64,000 bases of DNA, taken from the NCBI GenBank assembly GCA_041192445.1, contig JBEEMW010000070.1, positions 21,365 to 85,364 of the forward strand. The letters are read 5' to 3'. Of the stretch, positions 9,180-19,790 are shown in pieces. The DNA is from Pseudomonadota bacterium. GTDB taxonomy: Bacteria > Pseudomonadota > Gammaproteobacteria > Burkholderiales > Burkholderiaceae_C. The position numbers and the translations under genes were made by a program. Numbering within the stretch: position 1 is the first letter of the stretch; each line of letters starts with the position of its first letter. The notes beneath the pieces were generated by a model, which was given only the letters and a program-made list of their open reading frames with translations, was not told where the DNA came from and did not search any database.

Positions 9180-10108
9180 GCGAGGTCCGGGCCACCCTCG
9201 AAAAGGGATTGATCGTGGCCAACTATGGCCGCCATTTTCTGGTCGAAACGCCAGAAGGCCGGCGTCTGATCTGCCACCCGCGTGGCAAGAAAAGCCAAGT
9301 GGTCGTGGGTGACCGCGTGTTGTGGCAGGCCAGCCAGGACGAAGGCACGATCGAAAAAATTGAAGACCGGCGCAACCTTTTCTACCGGCAAGACGAGATT
9401 CGCACCAAGTCGTTTGCGGCTAACCTGGATCAGGTTTTGATACTGGTCGCGGCCGAGCCCGAGTTCTCAAGCAGCCAGCTGTCGCGTGCCCTCATCGCCG
9501 CTGAGGCGGAGCACATTACCCCCATCATTGCACTCAACAAGAGTGATCTGGTAGACCCCTTTGCCCGCGCCTGGGAATGGCTGTTGCCCTACCGTCACAT
9601 GCACTATGGCGTGTTGCCACTGTCTTTAAAGCAATCGGGTGAAGTGGACCGTGCCGAACTGCTCAAACACCTGAAAGGCAAAACGACCCTGGTTCTGGGG
9701 CCGTCGGGGGCGGGGAAAAGCACACTGATCAACCTGTTGGCACCCGGCTCATTGGCCCAGACCGGCGAGATTTCACAGGCTCTGAACTCCGGCAAACACA
9801 CAACGACCAGTACCACCTGGTATTGGGTCGACACTGAGAGAACCACAGCCCTGATTGACTCTCCGGGGTTCCAGGAATTTGGCCTCAACCATATCGATCC
9901 GGCGCAACTGGCCGCTTACATGCCCGACATAAAACCCCATGTGGCCAACTGCAAGTTTTACAACTGCACGCACCTGCACGAACCAGGCTGCGGCGTGATG
10001 GCTGCCGTCAATTCAACAGAATCGGGCCCCAGCCCTGATGGAATAAGCGCAAACCGCTACAAAATTTATAGCGAACTGTTTGCTGAGCTGAAACAGTCAA
10101 AATATTGA
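9176..10108 (+). CDS. rsgA: Ribosome small-subunit-dependent GTPase A
   Basis: LNKSDL, GPSGAGKSTLINLL, and the zinc-knuckle CKFYNCTHLHEPGCGV. The ATG overlaps the phhB stop (ATGA). Confidence 0.92.
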   Translation: MSEVRATLEKGLIVANYGRHFLVETPEGRRLICHPRGKKSQVVVGDRVLWQASQDEGTIEKIEDRRNLFYRQDEIRTKSFAANLDQVLILVAAEPEFSSSQLSRALIAAEAEHITPIIALNKSDLVDPFARAWEWLLPYRHMHYGVLPLSLKQSGEVDRAELLKHLKGKTTLVLGPSGAGKSTLINLLAPGSLAQTGEISQALNSGKHTTTSTTWYWVDTERTTALIDSPGFQEFGLNHIDPAQLAAYMPDIKPHVANCKFYNCTHLHEPGCGVMAAVNSTESGPSPDGISANRYKIYSELFAELKQSKY

Positions 10109-10131
10109 CGACTCATGCCATCCAGTGGCAT

Positions 10132-11100
10132 TCACCCCAATAGGCGGGCCAATGTCAGCAACGCCAGCAGCAGCATCCACATGACGACGGTGCGCCACAC
10201 CAGACCAACAATCGTCCGCAGATGGGCAAACTCAGGCGTTTGACCGGTTCGGGGCTCCGCTCGCTGCTCGGGTTGCCGCGCTGCATCGCCGATGTCCCCG
10301 GCAAGGTCTTGCGCCCGCAGGTTCAGGTTCACCGCGCCCGCAGTCGCGGCCAGAATGACCCCATCGTTGTCGCTACCGTTAGCTTGATCAAGGTTGCGCC
10401 AGTTGTCGATGGTCTCTTCGAAGCTCCCCACCACCGCAAATCCAAGCGCAGTAATTCGCGCCGGCAACCAGTCAATGACGCCCCAGGCAACTACAGATAC
10501 ACCACGCAGCGCCGCACTAACCGGTTGACGCGACAACTCGTGACGGGGCATCCAATAACGCGCTACAAACTCGCCCAGCCGGTAGACAACTGCCCCTGCA
10601 GGGCCAAAACCAAAGGCCGCCAGCAACGAATACCAGGCCAGTACGCCAAAGACGTGGCGGTGCGCAGCCAAAACAGAATGCTCGATCACCTGCCGGACGA
10701 TTTCAGGTCCAGGAAGGTCTTTGGCATCAATTTGCTTCCAGCGCGCCAACAGCGTACGGGCCAACTCTTCATCCCCTTGCGCCAATGCATCCCGTATTCC
10801 GGTGAAATGGTGACTGAACTGCCTGAAACCCAGCGTCACGTAGAGCACCATCACGTTCCACACAATGGCCACGGGCCAGCCGAGCGTGAAAACCAGTATC
10901 CAGTGAATCCCGAGCGCCACCAAGGCAGGTACCACCACGGCAAAGCTCCAGGCAAGCCAGCCATGGGATTGACGGCCGGCGTCAAAATTGCGGGCTGTCC
11001 ATCGGACCCAAATGCGAACGCTGGTGTGGACGAGGTTGCCGCTGGTCAGGGGGCGTGCCTGCTCAAGAAGCAAGGCAATGAGGATGGCGAGAAAGCTCAT
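10132..11100 (-). CDS. CobD/CbiB (AmpE-like) family integral membrane protein
   Basis: MSFLAILIALLLEQARPL... N-terminus and polytopic hydrophobic profile. The family call is from memory of that N-terminal signature. The start is trimmed to the ATG at 11100. Confidence 0.55.
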   Translation of the reverse strand: MSFLAILIALLLEQARPLTSGNLVHTSVRIWVRWTARNFDAGRQSHGWLAWSFAVVVPALVALGIHWILVFTLGWPVAIVWNVMVLYVTLGFRQFSHHFTGIRDALAQGDEELARTLLARWKQIDAKDLPGPEIVRQVIEHSVLAAHRHVFGVLAWYSLLAAFGFGPAGAVVYRLGEFVARYWMPRHELSRQPVSAALRGVSVVAWGVIDWLPARITALGFAVVGSFEETIDNWRNLDQANGSDNDGVILAATAGAVNLNLRAQDLAGDIGDAARQPEQRAEPRTGQTPEFAHLRTIVGLVWRTVVMWMLLLALLTLARLLG

Positions 11101-11128
11101 ATAACGATCATAGCGGCCAGATGCGTGA

Positions 11129-11830
11129 TCAAGCGGACAGGAACCGGTAGAAATTACGCAGCATGCCCGCCGTGGCGCCCCAAATAAAGCGTTCAACCGC
11201 CTGGTCCTGGTAAGGCATGGAGAGCCACTCCCGCCGAACACCCGCCCACTCAAAGGCATGGCGGTGATGGTTAGCAGGATTCATCAAAAAAGCCAGCGGC
11301 ACCTCAAACACGTCTTCTACTTCATTGGCATTGGGAACCAGTGTAAAGCCAGGACGAACCAGTGCGACAACCGGGGAAATGATGAACGAAGTGCCGGTGA
11401 CATAAACCGGTAACGATCCCAATATCTGGACAAATTCAGGCTCCAGCCCGACTTCCTCCTGCGTCTCGCGCAGGGCCGTGACGAACAGGTCTGCGTCGTC
11501 AGCGTCCTGCTTGCCTCCAGGAAATGCGATCTGCCCGGAATGCGTGGACAGGTGCGCTGTGCGCTTGGTTAACAAGACTGTCGGCTCATGACGCATCACG
11601 ATCGGTATCAGCACTGACGCCTTCGTCGGCAACCGGTCCGCAAACTTCTTCTCTGCCACCAATTCGGGTTCCCAAACCGGTGGTTTGAGGAAACGCTGCC
11701 TCAGGGACTCTGGCACCAATGAGGTTGCGGCGACGGCTGGCAAATGCGCATCAACTCCCAGCACAGGAATTTTTCGGGGGTCAAAGTTGGGCAACTTTGA
11801 CAGCGGCATAACCGATTCTGGATTTGACAT
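11129..11830 (-). CDS. NUDIX hydrolase, CoA pyrophosphatase-like
   Basis: Nudix box FPGGKQDADDADLFVTALRETQEEVGL, with a length and context typical of the NudL type. Confidence 0.8.
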   Translation of the reverse strand: MSNPESVMPLSKLPNFDPRKIPVLGVDAHLPAVAATSLVPESLRQRFLKPPVWEPELVAEKKFADRLPTKASVLIPIVMRHEPTVLLTKRTAHLSTHSGQIAFPGGKQDADDADLFVTALRETQEEVGLEPEFVQILGSLPVYVTGTSFIISPVVALVRPGFTLVPNANEVEDVFEVPLAFLMNPANHHRHAFEWAGVRREWLSMPYQDQAVERFIWGATAGMLRNFYRFLSA

Positions 11831-11844
11831 GGGAACAAGACCAA

Positions 11845-11880
11845 TAAAAAAGCCGCCTCACGCAAACGCTGGGCGGCTTT
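11845..11880 (-). terminator. Intrinsic terminator after rplS (structurally bidirectional)
   Basis: AAAAAAGCCGCC...GGCGGCTTTT: a 7-bp GC stem flanked by an A-run and a T-run, 31 nt after the rplS stop. Confidence 0.75.
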
Positions 11881-11910
11881 TAGAAAGGCAAACTCGCCTA
11901 TACGATCATC

Positions 11911-12285
11911 TTATGCGACGACCGTTTTCTTGGCAGGCAGTTTTTCCTTGATACGTGCTGACTTGCCGCTACGGTCACGCAAGTAATACAACTTGGCACG
12001 GCGCACATCACCACGGCGTTTGACTTCGATGCCAGCGATCAGCGGGCTGTAGGTTTGAAACGTACGCTCGACACCTTCGCCGCTGGAAATTTTACGGACG
12101 ATGAAGCCGCTGTTCAGACCGCGATTGCGCTTGGCAATCACAACGCCTTCGTACGCCTGCACCCGCTTGCGGGTACCTTCAACGACGTTGACGCTGACGA
12201 CAACGGTGTCGCCCGGTGAAAAAACAGGGATATTCTTCCCAAGGCGGGCAATTTCTTCTTGCTCCAGGATTTGGATCAGGTTCAT
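11911..12285 (-). CDS. rplS: 50S ribosomal protein L19
   Basis: [12 protein letters not shown]...[30 protein letters not shown], canonical L19. Confidence 0.97.
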   Translation of the reverse strand: MNLIQILEQEEIARLGKNIPVFSPGDTVVVSVNVVEGTRKRVQAYEGVVIAKRNRGLNSGFIVRKISSGEGVERTFQTYSPLIAGIEVKRRGDVRRAKLYYLRDRSGKSARIKEKLPAKKTVVA

Positions 12286-12388
12286 GGTTTCCTCAAATGA
12301 TCTTGGTCGCGCCAGTGCCGGAATGACACAAAAGGGCCCCGAAGCAAAAATGCCGGGACGGCCGAGCAGAGGATCGGTAAGCCTTACA

Positions 12389-13165
12389 TTATAGCAATAT
12401 GCTTGGGGCGGCCTTGAGATTGGCCAGCCCCGCCAAAAATAACTCGTCTTGCTGGCTTAACTTCCCGGCGAAACGGGCTTGCGAAATCAGCTCTGGCCGG
12501 AACTTCAGTGTCGTCTCCAGCGAGCGCTCCCGCCGCCAGCGTTCAATTTGAAGGTGATGGCCTGACAACAGAACCGCAGGTACCGGGTGGCCTCGCCAGT
12601 CCTCCGGACGCGTGTAGTGAGGGCAATCCAGCAAGCCGTCCAGAGCAGGATTGAAGCTGTCCTGCTGGTGACTGCCTTCGTCGTTCAAAACACCTGGCTG
12701 CAGCCGGGCTACCGCGTCAAGCACAGCCATGGCCGCAATTTCACCACCCGACAACACAAAATCGCCAAGACTGATCTCCTGGTCCACATGGGTGTCAATG
12801 AAACGCTGGTCCAGACCCTCATAGCGACCGCAAATCAGCACCGCCCCTTCGCTGGACGCCAAAGCCTGGACGCCAGCATGATTCAGGGGTCGACCCATGG
12901 GCGAGAACAGAATAACGGGCGCCTTGCTTTGCCTGTCCCGCTGGATGCTTTCAAGGCACATGGCCAGTGGCTCCGCAAGCATGACCATGCCAGGCCCGCC
13001 CCCATAGGAGCGATCGTCCACACGACGGTAATTGCCCTCGGCGAAGTCACGCAAACTTTGGAGCCGCACATCAACCTGACCAGACTCGAAAGCCCGCCGG
13101 GTAATGCCCGATGTCAGGAACGGCGCAAATAACTCGGGAAACAGTGTGACAACATCAAACCGCAT
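12389..13165 (-). CDS. trmD: tRNA (guanine37-N1)-methyltransferase
   Basis: [13 protein letters not shown]...GGGPGMVM...[10 protein letters not shown]...[11 protein letters not shown]. The start is trimmed to the ATG at 13165. Confidence 0.95.
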   Translation of the reverse strand: MRFDVVTLFPELFAPFLTSGITRRAFESGQVDVRLQSLRDFAEGNYRRVDDRSYGGGPGMVMLAEPLAMCLESIQRDRQSKAPVILFSPMGRPLNHAGVQALASSEGAVLICGRYEGLDQRFIDTHVDQEISLGDFVLSGGEIAAMAVLDAVARLQPGVLNDEGSHQQDSFNPALDGLLDCPHYTRPEDWRGHPVPAVLLSGHHLQIERWRRERSLETTLKFRPELISQARFAGKLSQQDELFLAGLANLKAAPSILL

Positions 13166-13175
13166 AACGGCAGGC

Positions 13176-13739
13176 TCAGAAGTCAGGCTGCCAGTCAACC
13201 GTGATTCGTCGCGCAATCAGGTCAACATCATCGATGTATACCGCCACAAAAGGAATCATGCGCTCCTGGGTTTTCCCGTCCTGCTCGCAGTCCATCACCA
13301 GGACAGTCTGGGCGCCGGTTGAGAGCAGCTCTTTGACCAGCCCCAACTCAACACCTTCACGGTTGATCACGTTCAGGCCAATCAGGTCAACCCAGTAGTA
13401 TTCATCCTTTTCGGCGGTCGGAAAGCTTGAGCGAGCCACAAAAATTCGGGCCCCGCGCAGCGCCTCGGCCGCGCTGCGGTCATCCACGTCAGTGGCCGTG
13501 GCAACAACCGTTCCGGAGTGCTCTTTAGCCTCCCGGATGGCGAGCTTGAGTACGCCGGTGAAGGTTTTTGCGCCCCGTTCCGAAGGCAGCAAATACCAGC
13601 GTTTGGAAGAAAAAAGCGCCTCAGGTGTGGCGCTGTGTGTCAAAACCTTGAACCAGCCCTTGATACCCCAAGCATCAGCGATGCGCCCGACTTCAATGGC
13701 ATCAGGCGGCAATTCAGCTGTTTCGAGTTGGGAGATCAT
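13176..13739 (-). CDS. rimM: 16S rRNA processing protein RimM
   Basis: VGRIADAWGIKGWFKV...EYYWVDLIGL (PRC barrel), lying between rpsP and trmD. Confidence 0.9.
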   Translation of the reverse strand: MISQLETAELPPDAIEVGRIADAWGIKGWFKVLTHSATPEALFSSKRWYLLPSERGAKTFTGVLKLAIREAKEHSGTVVATATDVDDRSAAEALRGARIFVARSSFPTAEKDEYYWVDLIGLNVINREGVELGLVKELLSTGAQTVLVMDCEQDGKTQERMIPFVAVYIDDVDLIARRITVDWQPDF

Positions 13740-13794
13740 GGGTCTTGGCCGACAGGCGCGGCGCTAAGGCCACGCTGTCTTCAACGGTTCAGGA

Positions 13795-14046
13795 TCAGGC
13801 TGCTTTTTTGGCGGCTTGATCGATCAGGCGCTCGACCGTAGGAGATGCCTGTGCACCCACGCCACGCCAGTAGGTCAGGCGATCCTGGGCAATGCGGATG
13901 CTCTCTTCGCTGGCGGTTGCAATCGGGTTATAAAACCCGATGCGCTCAATGAAACGACCATCACGACGGGTACGCTTGTCAGCAACGACAATATTGAAGA
14001 AGGGGCGTGCTTTTGCACCGCCACGAGAGAGCCGAATGACGACCAT
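13795..14046 (-). CDS. rpsP: 30S ribosomal protein S16
   Basis: [41 protein letters not shown]. Confidence 0.97.
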   Translation of the reverse strand: MVVIRLSRGGAKARPFFNIVVADKRTRRDGRFIERIGFYNPIATASEESIRIAQDRLTYWRGVGAQASPTVERLIDQAAKKAA

Positions 14047-14168
14047 AATTTATCCTTTGGGGGAGGCGGAAATTACTTTCCACCCATATTTCAGCGTTGA
14101 GACACGTAACATGACCACCCGGCCAGAAACACGCTGAAAAGCCTTCTATTGTATCGCGATTGAACACC

Positions 14169-14711
14169 ATGCTCATTATTCGTCCCAGCCTTGAAGCCGA
14201 TATTGCCGCCATTACGGCCATTTACACCCACCACGTGCTGCATGGCACGGGTACTTTTGAGATTGACCCGCCCCTGGCAGCAGATATGGCGGCACGTCGG
14301 GCAGATGTCCTTGCCAAAGACCTGCCCTATCTCGTGGCGCAAGCGTCGGGGCAAGTCGTCGGGTATGCCTACTGCACCTGGTTCAAACCCCGCCCTGCCT
14401 ACCGATTTTCGGCCGAAGACTCCATTTATCTGGCTCCCGGCACACAGGGCAAAGGTATTGGCCGGGCGTTGCTGGCGGAGCTGGCGATGCGTGCCGAACG
14501 GGCCGGTGTGCGCAAACTCATTGCCGTGATTGGCGACTCCGGCAACCTTGGATCAATCCGCGTGCACCAGTCTCTTGGCTTTACCCACGTCGGTATTCTG
14601 AAGTCATGCGGCTGGAAATTCGACCAGTGGCTGGACGTGGTTTTAATGGAAAAAACCCTGGGATTGGGGAGCACAGCGCCGCCAACACCGAAAGGCGGGG
14701 AAAATGCCTAG
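14169..14711 (+). CDS. GNAT-family N-acetyltransferase (phosphinothricin acetyltransferase-like)
   Basis: IRPSLEADIAAITAIYTHHVLHGTGTFE...GKGIGRALL (acetyl-CoA binding motif A). ATG at 14169. Confidence 0.8.
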   Translation: MLIIRPSLEADIAAITAIYTHHVLHGTGTFEIDPPLAADMAARRADVLAKDLPYLVAQASGQVVGYAYCTWFKPRPAYRFSAEDSIYLAPGTQGKGIGRALLAELAMRAERAGVRKLIAVIGDSGNLGSIRVHQSLGFTHVGILKSCGWKFDQWLDVVLMEKTLGLGSTAPPTPKGGENA

Positions 14712-15158
14712 ATGAAAAACAAAACTGCCGCTGCATGGCTCGCATTTGTAGGCGGCCCTCTGGGTCTGCACCGGTTTTATTTGGCGGGGTTTGGTGATCT
14801 GTTGGGATGGTTATTGCCAATTCCCACGGCTCTGGGCTTGTATGGCGTTCAGCGGATGCAAAGTCTTGGCGTCGATGACGAATGGGCCTGGATTTTGATT
14901 CCCCTGCTGGGATTCACCATCGCAGGCTGCGCCCTCACCGCAATCGTCTACGGATTGATGACCCCGGAAAAGTGGAACGCCAAGTTCAACATTCACGCCT
15001 CGCCGGACGCGCCTGCCGGAGAAACCCACTGGTTAACGATAGGGGCAGTGGTGTTCGCACTGCTTGTTGGATCGACCGTTTTGATGTCGTCCATCGTGTT
15101 CAGTTTTCAACGCTATTTTGAGCACCAAATTGAGGAAGCGCGCAAGATTTCTCAATGA
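14712..15158 (+). CDS. TM2 domain-containing membrane protein
   Basis: AAWLAFVGGPLGLHRFYLAGFGD is a TM2-domain signature, and further TM segments follow. The ATG abuts the upstream stop. Confidence 0.7.
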   Translation: MKNKTAAAWLAFVGGPLGLHRFYLAGFGDLLGWLLPIPTALGLYGVQRMQSLGVDDEWAWILIPLLGFTIAGCALTAIVYGLMTPEKWNAKFNIHASPDAPAGETHWLTIGAVVFALLVGSTVLMSSIVFSFQRYFEHQIEEARKISQ

Positions 15159-15213
15159 AAAAGGCCTTTAGCCCCCGTCAATATTGCGCGGGTAGCTACT
15201 ATTTCGATAGCAT
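15158..15213 (-). repeat. 55-bp dispersed repeat filling the spacer between the convergent TM2 and PiT genes
   Basis: The reverse complement is gatgctatcgaaatagtagctacccgcgcaatattgacgggggctaaaggcc. It has strong similarity to the 49315-49372 copy, including both the ATGCTA...TAGCT and ACGGGGGCTAA.GGCC modules. Confidence 0.85.
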
Positions 15214-16223
15214 CAAAATAATTGCAAACTGACCCAGTAGGCGATGGCTGCGACAAAGGCGCTGGCGGGAATGGTGAATATCCATGCCCAAACAATGGTG
15301 CCCGCCACACCCCAGCGAACGGCACTGGCACGCTGGGTGGCCCCGACACCCACGATGGCACCCGTGATGGTATGCGTCGTGGAAACAGGAATACCCAGAA
15401 TGGCGGCCGTGAAGAGCGTAATCGCACCGCCCGTCTCAGCACAAAACCCATGCACCGGCTTGAGCTTGGTGAGCCGCTGCCCCATCGTCTTGACGATGCG
15501 CCATCCGCCAAACAAAGTCCCCATGGCGATGGCCGTGTAGCAACTGAGTACAACCCAGGTCGGTGGTGAGCTCTCGCCAACTGCGGTGTAACCCGTAGCA
15601 ATCAGCAGCATCCAGACAATACCGATTGTTTTTTGGGCGTCATTGCCGCCGTGGCCCAGGCTGTAAGCACCGGCAGACACCAACTGCAAGCGCCGAAACC
15701 AGCGGTCCACGCGACTTGGGGTGCTTCGGCGAAAGGTCCATGAGACGGCGATCAACATGAGCGACCCCAGCAAAAATCCCATCAATGGCGAGACAAAGAT
15801 GAACAGCACGGTCTTCATGACGCTTGCAAAGACGAGCGCCGAGGCCCCGGCCTTGGATATGACGGCACCAACAATGCCACCGATCAGCGCATGCGAAGAG
15901 CTGCTGGGGATGCCGTAATACCAGGTGATGAAATTCCAGCTGATCGCACCGACCAGCGCACCGAAAACCACATGCACGTCAACCACACCGGGCTGGGCAA
16001 GGCCCTTGCCGATGGTGGCCGCCACGCTCAAATGGAAAATGAAAATCGCAATAAAATTGAAGAACGCGGCAAAAACCACGGCCTGTCCTGGCTTTAGAAC
16101 TCCGGTGGAGACAACCGTGGCAATCGAGTTGGCTGCGTCATGAAATCCATTCATGAAATCGAATACCAGTGCCAGTGCCACCAGCAAAATGACGACCCAC
16201 AACCCCACCTGAACCGACGACAT
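15213..16223 (-). CDS. Inorganic phosphate transporter, PiT family
   Basis: FDFMNGFHDAANSIATVVST and GGNDAQKTIG (duplicated PiT signatures), polytopic. Confidence 0.9.
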   Translation of the reverse strand: MSSVQVGLWVVILLVALALVFDFMNGFHDAANSIATVVSTGVLKPGQAVVFAAFFNFIAIFIFHLSVAATIGKGLAQPGVVDVHVVFGALVGAISWNFITWYYGIPSSSSHALIGGIVGAVISKAGASALVFASVMKTVLFIFVSPLMGFLLGSLMLIAVSWTFRRSTPSRVDRWFRRLQLVSAGAYSLGHGGNDAQKTIGIVWMLLIATGYTAVGESSPPTWVVLSCYTAIAMGTLFGGWRIVKTMGQRLTKLKPVHGFCAETGGAITLFTAAILGIPVSTTHTITGAIVGVGATQRASAVRWGVAGTIVWAWIFTIPASAFVAAIAYWVSLQLF

Positions 16224-16235
16224 GACAGCCCGGTC

Positions 16236-16883
16236 TCAGGAATTTTCGAGGACGATGCCCTCGATGACATTGGCGACGTCTTCGCACTTGTCGGTGATGG
16301 TCTCCAGCAATTCGTAAATAGCCTTGAGCTTGATCACTTCCCGCACATCGGGCTCCTCGCGGAACAACTTGCTCATGGCGCTGCGCATGATGCGATCAGC
16401 GTCGGACTCAAGCTGGTCGATCTCTTCGCAGGTTTTCAGGGCGGCAGCCGCCGTCTCGGGGTCAGCAATCTTCGCCAGCAGGTTCACGGCGTCACGCACG
16501 CGCTCACAACATTTCACACTGACATCGGTCAAGCGCACGATTTCGTCAGTCATGTGACGCACGTCGTACAGCGCCATGGTTTCCGCTGAGTCCTGGATCA
16601 GGTCAGCAATATCGTCCATGGTATTGATGAGGGAATGGATCTGTTCCCGGTCAATGGGGGTGATGAATGTGACGTGCAATGCCTTGTTGACGTCGTGCGT
16701 TACGCGGTCAGCAGCCCGCTCGGCGTTGTCCACATCCTGGTTGTACTTTTGCCGCAAGTGCGCATCACTGTAATTGGCGACCAGCTTGGCAAACGCACGG
16801 GCCGCCTCCACGATCCGGTCCGCATGCTGGTTGAACATTTCAAAAAAATTGCCTTCACGCGGCAGCAACTTGGCAAACAACAT
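16236..16883 (-). CDS. DUF47 (PhoU-like, TIGR00153-type) protein, usual partner of PiT
   Basis: MLFAKLLPREGNFFEMFNQHADRIVEAA..., all-helical, immediately upstream of the PiT gene. Confidence 0.85.
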   Translation of the reverse strand: MLFAKLLPREGNFFEMFNQHADRIVEAARAFAKLVANYSDAHLRQKYNQDVDNAERAADRVTHDVNKALHVTFITPIDREQIHSLINTMDDIADLIQDSAETMALYDVRHMTDEIVRLTDVSVKCCERVRDAVNLLAKIADPETAAAALKTCEEIDQLESDADRIMRSAMSKLFREEPDVREVIKLKAIYELLETITDKCEDVANVIEGIVLENS

Positions 16884-17020
16884 TGCTCACTCCAGAGGAA
16901 ATAGAACAGAAAGACGACGATTTGGCGACAGTCGGCAGTGTAACCGCGAGCCTCCCGAATTCAGGCCCTGCAGCGGGAGAAATTGCTCAGGCACTGCGAA
17001 ATAAAGCATGGCAAACGGCA

Positions 17021-17060
17021 TAAAAGCGCCCCGTAACAACGAGGTTACGGGGCGCTTTTG
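17021..17060 (-). terminator. Intrinsic terminator after acnB (structurally bidirectional)
   Basis: AAAA-GCGCCCCGTAAC-aacgag-GTTACGGGGCGC-TTTT: a 12-bp stem at 17026-17055. Confidence 0.85.
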
Positions 17061-17102
17061 GGAAGCCACATCCAGCCGGGACTGGATCTTGCTGGAGGTG
17101 GG

Positions 17103-19712
17103 TTAAACCGTTGCGCTGTCCTTCACAGAAGCAGCAGCGTCCGTGTAATCCTGCACTTTGTCGAAATTCAGATACTGATAAATCTTGTCGCTCGCAGCGG
17201 TCAGCACGCCCATGTCGGCCAGATACTCGGTTTTCGTTGGAATCCGGCCCAACTTGGAGCAAATTGCGGCCAGCTCGGCGCTGCCCAGGTACACGAAGCT
17301 GTTTTTGCCCAGCCGATTCGGGAAATTGCGGGTGGAAGTTGAGAACACGGTAGCGCCCTCTTTCACCTGAGCCTGGTTGCCCATGCACAGACTGCAGCCT
17401 GGCATTTCCATACGCGCACCGGCAGCGCCCAGAACACCATAATGCCCCTCTTCGGTCAGCTGCTTGGCGTCCATCTTGGTCGGCGGGGCCATCCAGAGCT
17501 TGACCGGAATGTCGCGCTTGTTTTCCAGCAGCTTGGAGGCCGCGCGGAAGTGGCCGATGTTGGTCATGCAACTGCCGATGAACACCTCGTCAATCTTGGC
17601 ACCGGCCACGTCAGACAGTGTTTTGACATCGTCGGGGTCATTCGGGCAGGCAACAATAGGCTCGTGAATGTCGGCAAGGTCAATCTCGATGATGGCCGCG
17701 TACTCCGCATCTGCATCGCCCTTGAGCAATTGCGGGTCAGCCAGCCAGGCTTCCATCGCCTTGATGCGGCGATTGATGGTGCGCACGTCAGAGTAGCCCG
17801 TCGCAATCATCCACTTCAGCATGGTGATGTTGCTGGTGATGTACTCTTGAATAGGTTCTTTGTTCAGATGAACCGTGCAGCCACCCGCGCTGCGCTCGGC
17901 GGACGCGTCGCTCAACTCGAACGCCTGCTCGACCTTCAAATCTGGCAAACCTTCGATTTCCAGAATACGGCCCGAGAAAATGTTCTTCTTGCCCTGCTTG
18001 GCCACGGTCAACAATCCAGCCTTGATGGCGTACAGCGGAATGGCGTTAACCAGATCGCGCAGCGTCACGCCGGGCTGCAAGCTGCCTTTGAAGCGAACCA
18101 GTACGGATTCAGGCATGTCCAGAGGCATCACTCCCGTGGCAGCACCAAACGCCACCAGACCGGAACCGGCGGGGAAGCTGATGCCGATGGGGAAACGCGT
18201 GTGGCTGTCACCGCCAGTGCCAACCGTATCGGGCAGCAACATGCGGTTCAGCCAGGAGTGGATGATGCCGTCACCGGGACGCAGCGGCACGCCGCCACGG
18301 GTGCTGATGAAGTCAGGCAGCTCGTGGTGCATCTTCACGTCCACGGGCTTGGGATAAGCGGCGGTGTGGCAGAAGGATTGCATCACCAGATCGGCGCTGA
18401 AACCCAGGCAGGCCAGGTCTTTCAGCTCGTCGCGGGTCATCGGGCCAGTGGTGTCTTGCGAACCCACGGATGTCATCTTGGGCTCGCAATAGGTACCGGG
18501 GCGCACGCCCTGCTGGTTGCCCTTGACGACCGGCAGACCACAGGCGTGGCCCACCATTTTTTGCGCCAGCGTGAAACCTTTGTGGGTATCAGCCGGATTG
18601 TGCGGCAGGCGGAACAGCGTGCTGACCGGCAGACCCAGCGCCTCACGCGCCTTGGCGGTCAGGCCACGGCCGATGATCAGCGGGATACGGCCACCGGCAC
18701 GCACTTCGTCAAACAGCACATCGCTCTTGACCTTGAACTCGGCAATCACTTTGCCATCCTTCAATGCTTTGCCGTCATAGGGGCGCAATTCCACCACGTC
18801 GCCCATGTTCATGGCACTCACATCCAGCTCGATGGGCAGCGCGCCGGAGTCCTCCATGGTGTTGTAAAAAATCGGGGCAATTTTGCTACCCAGACACACT
18901 CCCCCAAAACGCTTGTTCGGCACGAACGGGATGTCTTCACCAGTGAACCACAGCACCGAGTTGGTGGCGGATTTGCGCGAGGAGCCGGTGCCGACGACGT
19001 CACCGACATAGGCCACCAGATTGCCCTTGGCTTTGAGCTCATCAAAGAACTTGACCGGGCCGCGTTTGCCGTCTTCTTCCGGAACGATGCCGGGGCGTGC
19101 GTTTTTGTGCATGGCCAGGGCGTGCATCGGAATGTCGGGGCGGCTGAAGGCGTCGGGCGCGGGTGACAAATCATCGGTATTGATTTCACCGTCAACTTTG
19201 AAAACAGTGAGTGTGATCGACGCGGGCACTTCAGGACGGGAGGTAAACCACTCGGCATCGGCCCAGCTCTGCAACACGGCTTTGGCCTGGGCATTGCCTT
19301 TGTCGGCCTTGTCCTTGACATCATGGAATTGATCGAACATCAACAGGGTTTTCTTCAGACCACTGGCTGCGGCTTGTGACACGGCTGCGTCGTCCAGCAA
19401 ATCAACCAGCGGGCTGATGTTGTAGCCGCCCAGCATGGTACCCAGCAACTCGGTGGCTTTTTCGCGGGAAATCAGCGTGCATTTCTCGGTGCCATGGGCC
19501 ACGGCAGCCAGATAGGATGCCTTGACCTTGGCAGCATCGTCCACGCCTGCAGGCACGCGGTGCGTGATCAGGTCTACCAAGGTGGCTTCTTCACCTGGGG
19601 GCGGGTTCTTCAACAACTCAATGAGTTCACCCGTCTGTTTGGCAGACAGGGGCAGCGGTGGAATGCCGAGGACGGCGCGTTCAGCGACGTGGGCGCGGTA
19701 GGCTTGCAACAT
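17103..19712 (-). CDS. acnB: Aconitate hydratase B (bifunctional aconitase 2 / 2-methylisocitrate dehydratase)
   Basis: 869 aa starting [26 protein letters not shown] (AcnB HEAT-like N-terminus), with the C-terminal aconitase catalytic motifs GSCMTN and CSLCMGNQA. Confidence 0.95.
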   Translation of the reverse strand: MLQAYRAHVAERAVLGIPPLPLSAKQTGELIELLKNPPPGEEATLVDLITHRVPAGVDDAAKVKASYLAAVAHGTEKCTLISREKATELLGTMLGGYNISPLVDLLDDAAVSQAAASGLKKTLLMFDQFHDVKDKADKGNAQAKAVLQSWADAEWFTSRPEVPASITLTVFKVDGEINTDDLSPAPDAFSRPDIPMHALAMHKNARPGIVPEEDGKRGPVKFFDELKAKGNLVAYVGDVVGTGSSRKSATNSVLWFTGEDIPFVPNKRFGGVCLGSKIAPIFYNTMEDSGALPIELDVSAMNMGDVVELRPYDGKALKDGKVIAEFKVKSDVLFDEVRAGGRIPLIIGRGLTAKAREALGLPVSTLFRLPHNPADTHKGFTLAQKMVGHACGLPVVKGNQQGVRPGTYCEPKMTSVGSQDTTGPMTRDELKDLACLGFSADLVMQSFCHTAAYPKPVDVKMHHELPDFISTRGGVPLRPGDGIIHSWLNRMLLPDTVGTGGDSHTRFPIGISFPAGSGLVAFGAATGVMPLDMPESVLVRFKGSLQPGVTLRDLVNAIPLYAIKAGLLTVAKQGKKNIFSGRILEIEGLPDLKVEQAFELSDASAERSAGGCTVHLNKEPIQEYITSNITMLKWMIATGYSDVRTINRRIKAMEAWLADPQLLKGDADAEYAAIIEIDLADIHEPIVACPNDPDDVKTLSDVAGAKIDEVFIGSCMTNIGHFRAASKLLENKRDIPVKLWMAPPTKMDAKQLTEEGHYGVLGAAGARMEMPGCSLCMGNQAQVKEGATVFSTSTRNFPNRLGKNSFVYLGSAELAAICSKLGRIPTKTEYLADMGVLTAASDKIYQYLNFDKVQDYTDAAASVKDSATV

Positions 19713-19734
19713 GGTTTTACTCCTTTAATGAACG

Positions 19735-19790
19735 AAATATGGTTCCAGCCCTCGTCAACAGGGCGTGAATAGCTATTTATTTAATAGCAC
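19735..19790 (-). repeat. 55-bp dispersed repeat in the acnB upstream spacer, overlapping the 3' end of the upstream gene
   Basis: The reverse complement ggtgctattaaataaatagctattcacgccctgttgacgagggctggaaccatattt matches the 49315 copy at 38/57 ungapped positions. The TAA stop at 19777-19779 lies inside it. Confidence 0.8.

Noticed and set aside
10024-10074. A possible further repeat copy in the rsgA C-terminal region (agccctgatggaataagcgcaaaccgctacaaaatttatagcgaa, 28/44 to the reverse complement of the reference copy).
   Set aside because: The matching part encodes ISANRYKIYSEL, which corresponds to the natively conserved RsgA C-terminal G-x-I-x-x-x-R-[YF]-x-x-Y pattern, and its AT-rich codons are dictated by Y/K/I residues. 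It is also read in a different frame from the other reverse-orientation genic copies (phhB, CitE-like). The similarity may be coincidental.
12385-12435. A repeat-like fragment at the trmD 3' end (cattatagcaatatgcttggggcggccttgagattggcc).
   Set aside because: Only short patches (ATAGC, ATAT.CT, GGGGC, ATTGGCC) match. It needs a large internal deletion and has mixed orientation signals. This is not convincing without a profile search.
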